64,000 nucleotides of DNA, taken from assembly GCA_013151335.1 (NCBI GenBank), contig JAADIJ010000042.1:6480-70479 (forward strand). Direction: 5' to 3'. This DNA comes from Alphaproteobacteria bacterium (GTDB lineage Bacteria; Pseudomonadota; Alphaproteobacteria; Rhodobacterales; Rhodobacteraceae). Shown in pieces: positions 40,514-50,177 of the stretch (position 1 is the first letter of the stretch; the number at the start of each line of letters is the position of its first letter). Position numbers and translations under genes: made by a program. A model generated the notes under the pieces. The model did not search any database. It was not told the DNA's origin and saw only the letters and a program-made list of their open reading frames with translations.

Positions 40514-41346
40514 CCAGCGAAACAGCGCTTTTGGCCGGGGTGACCGGCGCGCCGATTGGGCATAGTCTATCGCCGCGATTGCATGGCTATTGGCTGAAGA
40601 AATATCAGATTAACGGCTATTATATTCCGGTGGAGCTGGCCTCTGATCAGTTGGAGGAGGGGCTTCGCGCCTTGGCCACCCTTGGGTTTCGCGGCGTGAA
40701 TGTGACCCTGCCGTTCAAGGAAAAGGCGCTGGCAATCGCTGACAAGATCACCGATCGGGCGGCGCTGATCGGGGCGGCTAATACGCTGAGTTTTCGCAAA
40801 AACGGCAACATTCAGGCCGACAATACCGATGGGCACGGGTTTATCGCTAATATTCGCCAAAACGCGCCGGAGTGGGAGCCAAAGGTCGGGCCCGCGTTGG
40901 TGCTTGGGGCAGGTGGGGCGTCGCGCGCGGTGATCTCGTCTTTGCTGGCCGAGGGGGTGCCTGAGATCCGTCTTGCCAATCGTACCCGCAGTCGCGCCGA
41001 TATGTTATGCGAGCATTTTGGCGCGCGTCTCAAAGCTATTGACTGGAACCGCGCCTCAAGTGAAATCGCCGAGGCCAAGACCGTGGTTAACACGACCTCG
41101 CTGGGGATGGAGGGTCAGCCAGCGCTGCCGATCAGCCTTGATAAAATTCGCAAGAATACTCTGGTCACCGACATCGTTTACACGCCGCTGATGACCGATT
41201 TCTTACAAGCCGCCGCTGCCAAGGGCTGCGTCACCGTTGATGGTCTGGGCATGTTGTTGCATCAGGCCGCTCCCGGATTTGAGAACTGGTTTCGTCAAAA
41301 ACCCACGGTCGATCAGGGTCTTCGCGATGCGGTTTTAGCACCGTGA
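40510..41346 (+). CDS. aroE: Shikimate 5-dehydrogenase
   Basis: GAPIGHSLSPRLHGYW, NVTLPFKE, LGAGGASRAV. Confidence 0.9.
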   Translation: MTSETALLAGVTGAPIGHSLSPRLHGYWLKKYQINGYYIPVELASDQLEEGLRALATLGFRGVNVTLPFKEKALAIADKITDRAALIGAANTLSFRKNGNIQADNTDGHGFIANIRQNAPEWEPKVGPALVLGAGGASRAVISSLLAEGVPEIRLANRTRSRADMLCEHFGARLKAIDWNRASSEIAEAKTVVNTTSLGMEGQPALPISLDKIRKNTLVTDIVYTPLMTDFLQAAAAKGCVTVDGLGMLLHQAAPGFENWFRQKPTVDQGLRDAVLAP

Positions 41347-41954
41347 GCCAGCGGCCCTTTATCCTTGGTTTAACCGGATCAATCGGCATGGGGAAATCGA
41401 CCACGGCGGCGATGTTTGCAGCCCTCGGCGTACCGGTTTGGGACGCGGATGCGGCTGTGCATCGTCTTTATGCCAAGGGCGGGGCGGGGGTTGAGGCGAT
41501 TGGTAAGGTTTGCCCCGAAGCGGTCACTGGCGATGGTGTGGATCGTGCCAAACTGCGCGACTGGATCGCCCGCGATGGCAGTGCGATCCAGCAGATCGAG
41601 GCGGTAATTCATCCGCTTGTTGCCAAGGATCGCGCGGCATTTATCGCCAAGGCTGCCGGCAAGCATGATCTGGTGCTGGTCGATATTCCGCTGTTATATG
41701 AGACCGGCGGCGAGGCGCATGTAGACGCCGTGGTTGTGGTAACCGCGCCAGAGGTTGAGCAAAAACGTCGGGTTTTGGCGCGTGATGGCATGTCGAGCGC
41801 GCATTTCGCCAAAATTCTAGCCTCGCAATTGCCCGATCAACAAAAACGAGCGCGCGCCGATTATGTGGTCAAAACCACCAGTTTGGATGTTGCGCGCCAA
41901 GCCGTAGCAGATATTCTTGCAGACCTGAAAAACAAGGCAGGCCTCCATGCGTGA
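41343..41954 (+). CDS. coaE: Dephospho-CoA kinase
   Basis: LGLTGSIGMGKST P-loop. The GTG start overlaps the aroE stop (GTGA). Confidence 0.9.
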   Translation: MSQRPFILGLTGSIGMGKSTTAAMFAALGVPVWDADAAVHRLYAKGGAGVEAIGKVCPEAVTGDGVDRAKLRDWIARDGSAIQQIEAVIHPLVAKDRAAFIAKAAGKHDLVLVDIPLLYETGGEAHVDAVVVVTAPEVEQKRRVLARDGMSSAHFAKILASQLPDQQKRARADYVVKTTSLDVARQAVADILADLKNKAGLHA

Positions 41955-42651
41955 GATCGTTTTAGACACCGAAACCACCGGCTTTGATCCCACCTCCGGG
42001 GATCGGCTGGTTGAGATCGGCGCGGTTGAGCTGCTCAACCATATGCCCACCGGCAAGATCTATCACCAGCAGATTAACCCCGAACGCTCTATGCCCGAGG
42101 GCGCGTTTGCGGTGCATGGTTTGGGTGACAAGCTTTTGGCGACGAAACCCTTGTTTAAAGAGGTGGTTGACGCGTTTCTGGCCTTTATCGGAGACTCAAA
42201 ACTGGTCATTCACAACGCCAGTTTCGACATGAAGTTCCTCAATGCAGAGCTGGGCTGGATCGATCGCCCGCTATTGGGGATGGATCAGTCGATTGACACG
42301 CTGGAGATGGCGCGCAAGAAATTTCCCGGTGCGCAAAACTCGCTTGATGCGTTGTGTCGTCGGTTCGGGATCAATAACGCCCATCGCGAGAAACACGGCG
42401 CGTTGCTGGATAGCGAGCTTTTGGCCGAAGTGTATCTGGAGCTTATCGGTGGGCGGCAGCCGGATTTCGCGCTGGCCGGTGCCTATCAGCAAGGCGGCTC
42501 GCAGAATGGCCAAGCCTCCAGTGTTTGGAAGGCAGGGCCGCGCTCCAAACCATTGCCAAGCCGCCTGACCCAAGACGAGATCAAGCGGCATGACGCGTTT
42601 GTCACCTCGTTCTCTAGCCCGAGCCAGTGGCCCAAAGCTGAAAACACCTGA
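41947..42651 (+). CDS. dnaQ: DNA polymerase III epsilon subunit (proofreading exonuclease)
   Basis: Exo I IVLDTETTGFDP, Exo II VIHNASFDMKFL, Exo III HGALLDSELLAEVY. Confidence 0.92.
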   Translation: MREIVLDTETTGFDPTSGDRLVEIGAVELLNHMPTGKIYHQQINPERSMPEGAFAVHGLGDKLLATKPLFKEVVDAFLAFIGDSKLVIHNASFDMKFLNAELGWIDRPLLGMDQSIDTLEMARKKFPGAQNSLDALCRRFGINNAHREKHGALLDSELLAEVYLELIGGRQPDFALAGAYQQGGSQNGQASSVWKAGPRSKPLPSRLTQDEIKRHDAFVTSFSSPSQWPKAENT

Positions 42652-42654
42652 CCT

Positions 42655-43167
42655 TCAGGAAATCGGCTGTCCGGCTTTTTCCGCCTCGGCCCGTCGTGCC
42701 AGTTCTTGGCGGTAAAGCATCAGAAAATCGATGTTTTCCAGATTAAGCGGCGGATATCCGCCATCGCGGGTCACGTCGCTGACGATGCGGCGCAGATAGG
42801 GAAATGTCATGCGCGGGCACTCGATCAACAAGAACGGATGCAACTGATCTTCGGGCACATTCTCAAGCGCAAACAGGCCAGCATATTCAATCTCGAGAAT
42901 GAACAGAACCTCGTCGGCTTCTTTGCTCTTGCTCTCGATATTAAGCTTGATGACCACCTCGTAATTGCCGTCATGCTCGCGTTTGCGCGCGTCAAGATTG
43001 ACCTGCACCTGAATGTCGGGCTGAAGATTGCCGACTAGACCCTTTTGGGCGGCGACATTTTCAAACGACATATCGCGGATGAATTGGCCGAGGATTTGCA
43101 GGCGCGGACCTTCGGCCTCTGCGGTTTCGGTTTTGGGTTGATCGGTTTTGGCGGTCTCGTCAGCCAT
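42655..43167 (-). CDS. secB: Protein-export chaperone SecB
   Basis: 170 aa. LQILGQFIRDMSFE... and LLIECPRMTFPYLRRIVSDVTRDGGYPPLNL. Confidence 0.92.
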   Translation of the reverse strand: MADETAKTDQPKTETAEAEGPRLQILGQFIRDMSFENVAAQKGLVGNLQPDIQVQVNLDARKREHDGNYEVVIKLNIESKSKEADEVLFILEIEYAGLFALENVPEDQLHPFLLIECPRMTFPYLRRIVSDVTRDGGYPPLNLENIDFLMLYRQELARRAEAEKAGQPIS

Positions 43168-43252
43168 GGTAAGCTCCTGAAGTCATTACATTGTCCGGCG
43201 CCATCACTAGCAGGTCACCTGCGGCGCGACAATCGTTGAAAATCCTGCAATA

Positions 43253-43744
43253 TCAGGGGTTTGTCCAGCCAGAGGGATTCTTGGGCGGGGTTTCGTCCTC
43301 GTCGTCAACCACCGCATACTCGCCATCAATGGTTTGACCGCCTGCCTCTGGTCGCGGCTGGCTGTGGGTTTGGCTGGTGGAAAACGACATGCCGCCAACG
43401 CTTATGCGCGAAGAGACCCAGCGGATGATCACGCTGCGCACCGGCGGCAGCAACAGCAAAAATCCCAGCGTGTCAGTGAAAAACCCCGGCGTCAGCAATA
43501 GTATGCCGGCCACTAGTATCATCGCCCCCTGCACCATGGGATCGGCGGGGTTTTCGCCAGTGGCTAGCGCGCTCTGCAGTCGGTTGAGTGTCATCAACCC
43601 CTGCCTGCGCATCAGCGAGGTACCCGCCAGCGCTGTCAAAACCACAATCGCCAATGTCGGCCATAAACCGATTGCGCCACCGACCTGAACAAACAGGCCG
43701 ATCTCGATGACCGGTACGACCACAAAGATCAAAAATAGCCACAT
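43253..43744 (-). CDS. fxsA: FxsA family membrane protein
   Basis: From ATG 43744: MWLFLIFVVVPVIEIGLFVQVGG. The ORF-track start 43846 adds 34 residues. Confidence 0.8.
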   Translation of the reverse strand: MWLFLIFVVVPVIEIGLFVQVGGAIGLWPTLAIVVLTALAGTSLMRRQGLMTLNRLQSALATGENPADPMVQGAMILVAGILLLTPGFFTDTLGFLLLLPPVRSVIIRWVSSRISVGGMSFSTSQTHSQPRPEAGGQTIDGEYAVVDDEDETPPKNPSGWTNP

Positions 43745-43865
43745 TTCCAAAACCTCATTAATTCGTTTGCTTAGCTGTGGTAGACTTGACCCCAGCCCTG
43801 CCATACATATGTGCAAACTAGCCGGGTTACCATGATCCGGCAGCAATTTTCAGGAGACCCAGGTC

Positions 43866-44531
43866 ATGAATTCCGCCTTTATCCAACTTCTCGTGCTTGG
43901 CGGGATCGCTCTTTTTCTGGTTATTCGGCTGAAGAACGTGCTTGGAACCCGCACCGGTTTTGAAAAACCGCCCGTGAGCGATGGAGCAGAGACCGGCCCG
44001 ACCACCAAGCGCCGCGACTTTGAGGTGATCGAGGGCGGCATTGACCACGACATTGCCGATCACATCGACATCAATAGCACGGGCGGCAAGGCCTTGGCCT
44101 CGATGAAATCAATCGAGCATGATTTTGGCGTTACCGATTTTCTTAACGGCGCGCGCGGTGCTTATGAGATGATCCTGATGGCGTTTCAAAATGGTGAAAT
44201 CGCTCCGATCAAACAGTTCTTGTCGGACGATGTTTACACCAGCTTTCTCGACGTGATCGAAACCCGCAGCGCCAACGCGGTGCATATCGACGCGACATTC
44301 ATCGGCGTGCGAGAGCTGAAACTGACGGCTGCCGAATTTGACAACAAAACCAAAGAGGGCGAGATCACCATAAAATTTGTGGCCGAAATGACTTCGGTTG
44401 TGCGGGATCGCGCCGGTGAAATCGTCGAAGGTAATCCCACCGAGATCAAACGGCAAAAAGACATCTGGACCTTTGCGCGGGTCATGGGCAGCGACAATCC
44501 AAACTGGAAATTGGTGGCTACTGGCGGATGA
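43866..44531 (+). CDS. Tim44-like domain protein (N-terminal TM anchor)
   Basis: N-terminal helix FIQLLVLGGIALFLVI. C-terminal domain with FLNGARGAYEMILMAF...WTFARV, typical of bacterial Tim44 homologues next to secB in alphaproteobacteria. Confidence 0.75.
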   Translation: MNSAFIQLLVLGGIALFLVIRLKNVLGTRTGFEKPPVSDGAETGPTTKRRDFEVIEGGIDHDIADHIDINSTGGKALASMKSIEHDFGVTDFLNGARGAYEMILMAFQNGEIAPIKQFLSDDVYTSFLDVIETRSANAVHIDATFIGVRELKLTAAEFDNKTKEGEITIKFVAEMTSVVRDRAGEIVEGNPTEIKRQKDIWTFARVMGSDNPNWKLVATGG

Positions 44532-45565
44532 GACCGCAACTGGCTCTGCTGACTTTGCTTTTGGCGATGGCGGCGAGCCCGACGCTTGCGGCCGATCGCT
44601 ATAAAACGCTGCGATTTGATCAGTTGCTGGGCTGGCAGGCCGACGATCATAAGGCGGCGCTTAACACATTCATCAAATCCTGCGTTGATATTCGCGCGCC
44701 CGAGTGGAAGCCGCTTTGCATGTTGGCCAAAACCGGACCTGACGCCAAAACCTTCTTTGAAACGTTTTTCACGCCTGTTGCCGTTCGTGCAGATAAAAAC
44801 GCGTTATTTACGGGCTATTTCGAGCCGGTTCTTAATGGCTCGCTCTACCGTGTCGGCCCGTATCTTTATCCGATTTACACCAAGCCCAAAAACATGAAAC
44901 CTGCCGATCCAAAGCTCACCCGCAAAGCGATTGATAATGGCGCGTTGAAATATAAGGGCCTTGAGATCGCTTATGTGGATGATCCGGTCGAGGCTTATTA
45001 TCTGCATATTCAAGGCTCTGGCCGTATCAATTTGACCAATGGTAACTCGATCAGGGTTGGGTATGCTGGCGAAAACGGCCATGTTTATCGCTCGGCCCCC
45101 GGTCAGTTGGTCAAGCTTGGCAAGATCAGCTATGGCGATGCCTCGATTGAGGGGATTAAGGCGTGGGTCAAGAAAAATCCGGTCGAGGGCATCAAGGCGC
45201 TTGAGTATAATCCGTCCTATGTTTTCTTTCGCCGGATGGAGATCTCGGCCAATGATGCGGGCGGGGATACGGGTCCAAGAGGGGCGCTGGATCGACCGAT
45301 CACGCCGCTGCGAACCCTGGCGGTTGACCCGAAATTCACCCAGATGGGGGCGCCGGTCTGGATTGAAAAAGGTGGGCGTGGTGCGATGCGGCGTCTTATG
45401 GTCGCCCAAGATGTGGGCTCTGCCATCAAAGGGCCGCAACGCGCCGATATTTTCTATGGCACGGGCGATCTTGCGGGCAAACTTGCGGGGCAGACCAATA
45501 ATGGCGGGCGCATGGTCGTGCTCTTGCCCATCGCCATCGCCAATCGCCTTGCACCAAACGGGTGA
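44528..45565 (+). CDS. mltA: Membrane-bound lytic murein transglycosylase A
   Basis: Signal peptide LLLAMAASPTLAA. FTGYFEP, YYLHIQGSGRI, LAVDPKF...VAQDVGSAIKGPQRADIFYGTG (3D domain). Confidence 0.85.
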   Translation: MRPQLALLTLLLAMAASPTLAADRYKTLRFDQLLGWQADDHKAALNTFIKSCVDIRAPEWKPLCMLAKTGPDAKTFFETFFTPVAVRADKNALFTGYFEPVLNGSLYRVGPYLYPIYTKPKNMKPADPKLTRKAIDNGALKYKGLEIAYVDDPVEAYYLHIQGSGRINLTNGNSIRVGYAGENGHVYRSAPGQLVKLGKISYGDASIEGIKAWVKKNPVEGIKALEYNPSYVFFRRMEISANDAGGDTGPRGALDRPITPLRTLAVDPKFTQMGAPVWIEKGGRGAMRRLMVAQDVGSAIKGPQRADIFYGTGDLAGKLAGQTNNGGRMVVLLPIAIANRLAPNG

Positions 45566-45571
45566 ACTGGG

Positions 45572-46168
45572 ATGACGCGGCGACAGAAATCCCGGCTTAG
45601 CGCCGATGATCAGGCGATCTGGCAAAAGGTAGCCCGCCAGATCACGCCGTTGCGCGAGGCCAAATCGTTTGATGTTATTTTGGATATGCCGGTCGCTCCG
45701 TCTCGTCCGTTGCCGGTGCCAAAGACGATCAGGCGGTTTGAAATCGGTCAAAAGGCGCTTGTATCGTCCCCAAAGAGCGATCTTAAACCGTCGCTTGATC
45801 AGATGTTTGCCAATGTCTCGCCCAACATGGATAAAAACAATTTCGCGCGCTTGAAAAAGGGCAAATTTGCGGTTGAAGGTCGGCTGGATTTGCATGGGAT
45901 GACGTTGGACGAGGCGCATCCGGCGCTGAGCGGATTTGTGCAAGATGCTCATACCGCGCAAAAGCGTTTACTGTTGGTGATCACCGGCAAGGGCAAGATG
46001 CGCCGCGATGATGCGATCATGTCGTCGCGATTAGGTGTGTTGCGCCATCAAGTTCCCGTCTGGCTGTCGATGGCCCCACTTTCGCCGCTGATTTTGCAAG
46101 TGACGCAGGCGCATGCAAAACATGGCGGCGGTGGAGCCTATTACGTTTACCTTAGGCGGCAGCGGTAG
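45572..46168 (+). CDS. Smr domain protein
   Basis: C-terminal Smr: GRLDLHGMTLDEAHPALSGFV...LLVITGKG...GGGGAYYVYL. Confidence 0.75.
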   Translation: MTRRQKSRLSADDQAIWQKVARQITPLREAKSFDVILDMPVAPSRPLPVPKTIRRFEIGQKALVSSPKSDLKPSLDQMFANVSPNMDKNNFARLKKGKFAVEGRLDLHGMTLDEAHPALSGFVQDAHTAQKRLLLVITGKGKMRRDDAIMSSRLGVLRHQVPVWLSMAPLSPLILQVTQAHAKHGGGGAYYVYLRRQR

Positions 46169-47642
46169 CGGCGGATTTTGCGGCGACAAATGTAGCCGCA
46201 CTGGCCGGATAATCGGTGGCTATTGCTGCGGCGGAATGAGCCAACTCGACCACCGAGCGCAAGATATAGTCAACCTCACTCTCATCCATCAGATAGCTGA
46301 GATTGAGACGGATAAAGCCGGGCTTGTCGCTCTCGTCGCCATTACGGATTTTGTCGCGGATTTGGTTTGACCACGCGGCGTCAATATTCAAAAGCCGATG
46401 CACATATGGCCCGGCGCAAGCGCAGCCTCCTCGTGCTTGAATGCCGTAAATATCGCTGAGCATCCGTGTGAAAATATCGTAATCCACCGGCGCGCCATCC
46501 TGATCGCGAACGATAAACGACAGGATCGGCAGACGGTTTTCATGGGTCGCGCCGAGCAACTGAATGTCGTCGTTGCCGCGCCATGCGTTAAACGCCCGCG
46601 CTGTCAGATCGGCGTTTTTGGCGGTGATAAACTCCTGCCCAATCGCGTCTTTCACCAGCATCACCAAGGCTGCGCGAATGTCACCGATAATGTTTGGGGT
46701 GCCACCCTCCTCGCGCTCTTCCAGATGGGGCGAATAGTCCTGAACCTCGTCATTCACGAACGCCACCGTGCCACCACCGGGTCGAGCGGGGATTTGGGCA
46801 ACCACAAGATCGCGCCGCACGAGCAACAGACCCGATGCCCCCGGCCCGCCGATGAATTTATGCGCCGAAATCGCGACGGCATCAATCAACGCCTCCTCCT
46901 CGGGCGACATATCAATCGGCAGATATGGGGCCCCACCGGCAAAGTCCCACACCATCTTGGCACCAGCGGACTTAACGAGCTTGGTCACCGGCACGATATC
47001 AGTCAAAATTCCGGTCACATTAGAGGCGGCTGAAAAGGCGCAAATAACCGGTCCTTTGGGCGAAACCTCGGCCAAAACCTTGGCCAGATGCGCCAGATCC
47101 GGGCCGCCGTGCGGGGCCTCGTCAATTGCGATCACGTTGGCCCCGCTTTCGCGCCACGGCAAAAGGTTTGAGTGATGCTCGTAAGGCCCAACCAGGATTT
47201 GCGGTGCTTGCCCGGCCTCAATCGCTTCTTCTATCCCAAGCAGATGTACCAACTGGTTCAGAGCGGCAGTCGCGCCAGAGCCGGAAAAAATCGCGGCATG
47301 ATCGCGCGAATTACCCCCGCAAAGGTCAAGAATAATCGCCCGCGCTTGTTCGCGCATGGCCGTCATATAGCCGCCACAAAAAGACGAGTCCGTATGGCTG
47401 TTGGCGTAATAGGGCAGCACCTGCTCCATCACGAAATCCTCAACCTGCCGCAGCGCGCGACCCGAGGCGACATAATCGGCATAGACCAGCTTTTGCTTCC
47501 CAAACGGCGTGTCAAACAGCGCGTTTTTGCCAATTATTCCGGCGCGAATATAGTCGGCAACGGGCCCGGCGGCGGTAAGGCTGGCGGCAAACTCCGTCAG
47601 AGGAGAACGGGGTGTTTGGGTTGGAATTTCGGTGATCGACAT
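46152..47642 (-). CDS. Class V-fold PLP-dependent aminotransferase / cysteine desulfurase-like enzyme
   Basis: 496 aa. The SAHKFIGGPGASGLL motif carries the PLP-lysine context. Substrate unknown. Confidence 0.75.
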   Translation of the reverse strand: MSITEIPTQTPRSPLTEFAASLTAAGPVADYIRAGIIGKNALFDTPFGKQKLVYADYVASGRALRQVEDFVMEQVLPYYANSHTDSSFCGGYMTAMREQARAIILDLCGGNSRDHAAIFSGSGATAALNQLVHLLGIEEAIEAGQAPQILVGPYEHHSNLLPWRESGANVIAIDEAPHGGPDLAHLAKVLAEVSPKGPVICAFSAASNVTGILTDIVPVTKLVKSAGAKMVWDFAGGAPYLPIDMSPEEEALIDAVAISAHKFIGGPGASGLLLVRRDLVVAQIPARPGGGTVAFVNDEVQDYSPHLEEREEGGTPNIIGDIRAALVMLVKDAIGQEFITAKNADLTARAFNAWRGNDDIQLLGATHENRLPILSFIVRDQDGAPVDYDIFTRMLSDIYGIQARGGCACAGPYVHRLLNIDAAWSNQIRDKIRNGDESDKPGFIRLNLSYLMDESEVDYILRSVVELAHSAAAIATDYPASAATFVAAKSAATAAA

Positions 47643-47741
47643 CTCGGCATCCTTGAGTTTTTATGTTAGAATCAGTCTATCACCCAAATATTAAGGAAAC
47701 ATGATGAGAATATAGTTGTTTTGCCGTCTAACTTGTGTCAA

Positions 47742-48218
47742 ATGAACGAAATGGCAGATAAAATCGATTATATTGATCGAAAGATACTGGACTGCTTGCA
47801 ACGCAACGCCGATCTTTCGCAACGCGAGGTCGCCGACCATATTGGCCTCTCGCAAAACGCCTGTTGGCGGCGGTTGAAACGGCTTCAGGAAACCGGGATT
47901 ATCACTGGTGCGAGAACCCGGATCAACGCTGCCGCGCTGGGCCTTGATCTGACCGTGTTTGTGATGATCAAAACCCGCAATCACTCGATGGAATGGTCAG
48001 AGAAATTTCGTCGTCACGTCGATCTGATCCCGCAGGTGACCGAGCTGCATCGCATTGGTGGCGACTGGGATTATATGCTCAAAATCGTGACCAGTGGCAT
48101 GGCCGGTTATGACAAGGCTTATCGCCGTTTGATCACTGGCATCGAGCTTGAAACCATCACCGGATTTTTCTCGATGGAGACCATTCTGGACGACCGACCA
48201 CTGGATGTATTCGAGTAA
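47742..48218 (+). CDS. Lrp/AsnC family transcriptional regulator
   Basis: IDRKILDCLQRNADLSQREVADHIGLSQNACWRRLKRLQETGII HTH plus a C-terminal RAM domain. Divergent from the aminotransferase. Start is ATG 47742 or 47751. Confidence 0.9.
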   Translation: MNEMADKIDYIDRKILDCLQRNADLSQREVADHIGLSQNACWRRLKRLQETGIITGARTRINAAALGLDLTVFVMIKTRNHSMEWSEKFRRHVDLIPQVTELHRIGGDWDYMLKIVTSGMAGYDKAYRRLITGIELETITGFFSMETILDDRPLDVFE

Positions 48219-48251
48219 GGTTTTAGCAGTAAACTCAACGGTTTACGCGAC

Positions 48252-49553
48252 CTAAAGAACGTAACGGCTTAAGTCGGTAGAGCGTGACAACTCGCCCAGA
48301 TTTTCCTCGACAAAATCCTCATCCACCACGACCTTGTCGCCTGCACGATCCGGCGCGGTAAAACTGATATCTTCAAACACCCGCTCAAGCACGGTATAGA
48401 GCCGCCGCGCGCCGATATTCTCGACCGATTGATTGACCTCGGCGGCAATATGGGCGAGTGCGGCGATGCCGTCTTTGGTGAACTCGACGGTCACCTCTTC
48501 GGTCGCCATCAGGGCGGTATATTGACGGGTCAGAGCGTTGTCAGTCTCGGTCAGAATACGCACGAAATCCTCTTCGGTGAGGGCGCGAAGTTCGACCCTG
48601 ATCGGCAGCCGCCCTTGCAATTCTGGCAGCAAATCCGAAGGTTTAGCGGTGTGAAAAGCGCCCGAGGCGATGAACAGCACATGGTCGGTTTTCACCGGGC
48701 CGTGCTTGGTTGAAACCGTGGTTCCCTCGATCAGCGGTAGCAAATCGCGCTGCACCCCTTCGCGAGAAACATCGGCCCCGCGAGCGTCAGAGCGCGCGCA
48801 AACCTTGTCGATCTCGTCCAGAAACACGATGCCGTTTTCCTCCACCGCTTTGATGGCCTCGCGGGTGACGATTTCTTGGTCGACCAGCTTATCGGCCTCC
48901 TCATTGATCAGCAATTGATAGCTGTCAGCGACGTTCAACTTGCGCCGCTGGGTGCGCCCGCCCATCGCCTTGCCGAACATCTCGCCAAGATTGAGCATAC
49001 CCATCCCCGGTTGCCCCGGCATATCGAGCATTTGCATCGGGTTGGAGGTGTCGGCAAATTCAAGCTCGATCATCTTGTCGTCAAGCAGCCCCTCGCGCAG
49101 CTTTTTGCGAAACATCTCGCGGGTGGTTTCGCGCGAATCAGTCCCGGCGAGCGCGTCGATCACCCGCTCTTCGGCGGCACCATGCGCGCTGGCTTTGACC
49201 TCGTCACGCATCCGTTCGCGCACCATCAAAATTGCGCTGTCAACCAGATCACGCACGATCTGTTCAACATCGCGACCCACATAACCGACCTCGGTGAATT
49301 TCGTCGCCTCGATTTTCAGGAACGGTGCATGGGCGAGCTTGGCCAGACGGCGCGAAATCTCGGTCTTGCCAACGCCGGTCGGGCCGATCATCAGGATATT
49401 TTTGGGGTAAACCTCTGCTTTAAGATCGTCGTCTAACTGCTTGCGCCGCCAACGATTTCTTAGAGCGACAGCCACGGCTCGCTTGGCATCGCTTTGTCCG
49501 ATGATAAAGCGGTCAAGCTCGGAGACGATCTCGCGCGGGGTAAGGTTTGTCAT
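48252..49553 (-). CDS. hslU: ATP-dependent protease ATPase subunit HslU
   Basis: [17 protein letters not shown], Walker [20 protein letters not shown]. Confidence 0.96.
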   Translation of the reverse strand: MTNLTPREIVSELDRFIIGQSDAKRAVAVALRNRWRRKQLDDDLKAEVYPKNILMIGPTGVGKTEISRRLAKLAHAPFLKIEATKFTEVGYVGRDVEQIVRDLVDSAILMVRERMRDEVKASAHGAAEERVIDALAGTDSRETTREMFRKKLREGLLDDKMIELEFADTSNPMQMLDMPGQPGMGMLNLGEMFGKAMGGRTQRRKLNVADSYQLLINEEADKLVDQEIVTREAIKAVEENGIVFLDEIDKVCARSDARGADVSREGVQRDLLPLIEGTTVSTKHGPVKTDHVLFIASGAFHTAKPSDLLPELQGRLPIRVELRALTEEDFVRILTETDNALTRQYTALMATEEVTVEFTKDGIAALAHIAAEVNQSVENIGARRLYTVLERVFEDISFTAPDRAGDKVVVDEDFVEENLGELSRSTDLSRYVL

Positions 49554-50110
49554 GCGTCGATCACTTCCACAGTTACGTTGCCATTGGTGTAAACACAGAT
49601 TTCAGCGGCGATTTCCAAGGCGCGGCGGGCCACTTGTTCGGCGCTTAAATCACTTCCGTCAAGGGCGCGGGCCGCTGCCAGTGCGAAGTTGCCGCCAGAG
49701 CCGATTGCGGCGATATCATGCTCGGGTTCCAGCACGTCGCCAGCACCGGTGATCACCAGCAAATCGTTGCCATCTGTGACGATCAACATGGCCTCCAGAT
49801 TGCGCAGGTATTTGTCCATCCGCCAGTCTTTGGCCAGCTCAACAGAGGCGCGGGCGAGTTGGCCGGGCGAGGCCTCAAGCTTGGCCTCCAGCCGTTCAAG
49901 CAGGGTAAACGCATCGGCGGTCGAGCCTGCAAAGCCGCAAACCACGTCAAATCCGCCCGGCGAAATCCGCCGTACTTTTCGCGCCGAGCCTTTGATCACG
50001 GTTTGCCCAAGCGTCACCTGACCATCGCCGACAATCGCAACCTGGCCGTTTTTTTTGACACCGATAATAGTCGTGCCATGCCAGCCGGGAAATTTCATGG
50101 TTTCAGCCAT
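49550..50110 (-). CDS. hslV: ATP-dependent protease subunit HslV
   Basis: [26 protein letters not shown], with the Thr nucleophile after a short propeptide. Overlaps the hslU start. Confidence 0.95.
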   Translation of the reverse strand: MAETMKFPGWHGTTIIGVKKNGQVAIVGDGQVTLGQTVIKGSARKVRRISPGGFDVVCGFAGSTADAFTLLERLEAKLEASPGQLARASVELAKDWRMDKYLRNLEAMLIVTDGNDLLVITGAGDVLEPEHDIAAIGSGGNFALAAARALDGSDLSAEQVARRALEIAAEICVYTNGNVTVEVIDA

Positions 50111-50177
50111 CGCACCCTCCGTTTACTGATTTCTATATGGAAGTTCTCGCCGCCCAAAACAACCAAAAGCGGCGTTT

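Noticed and set aside
43190-43233. Imperfect 11-bp inverted repeat (ATTGTC-cg-GCGCC ... GGCGCGACAAT) with a nested GCAGG-TGA-CCTGC hairpin in the fxsA-secB spacer
   Set aside because: No U-tract follows on the minus strand, so it is not a canonical terminator. It is a single occurrence with no recognisable binding-site consensus. It may be an mRNA structure, but I cannot support a function.
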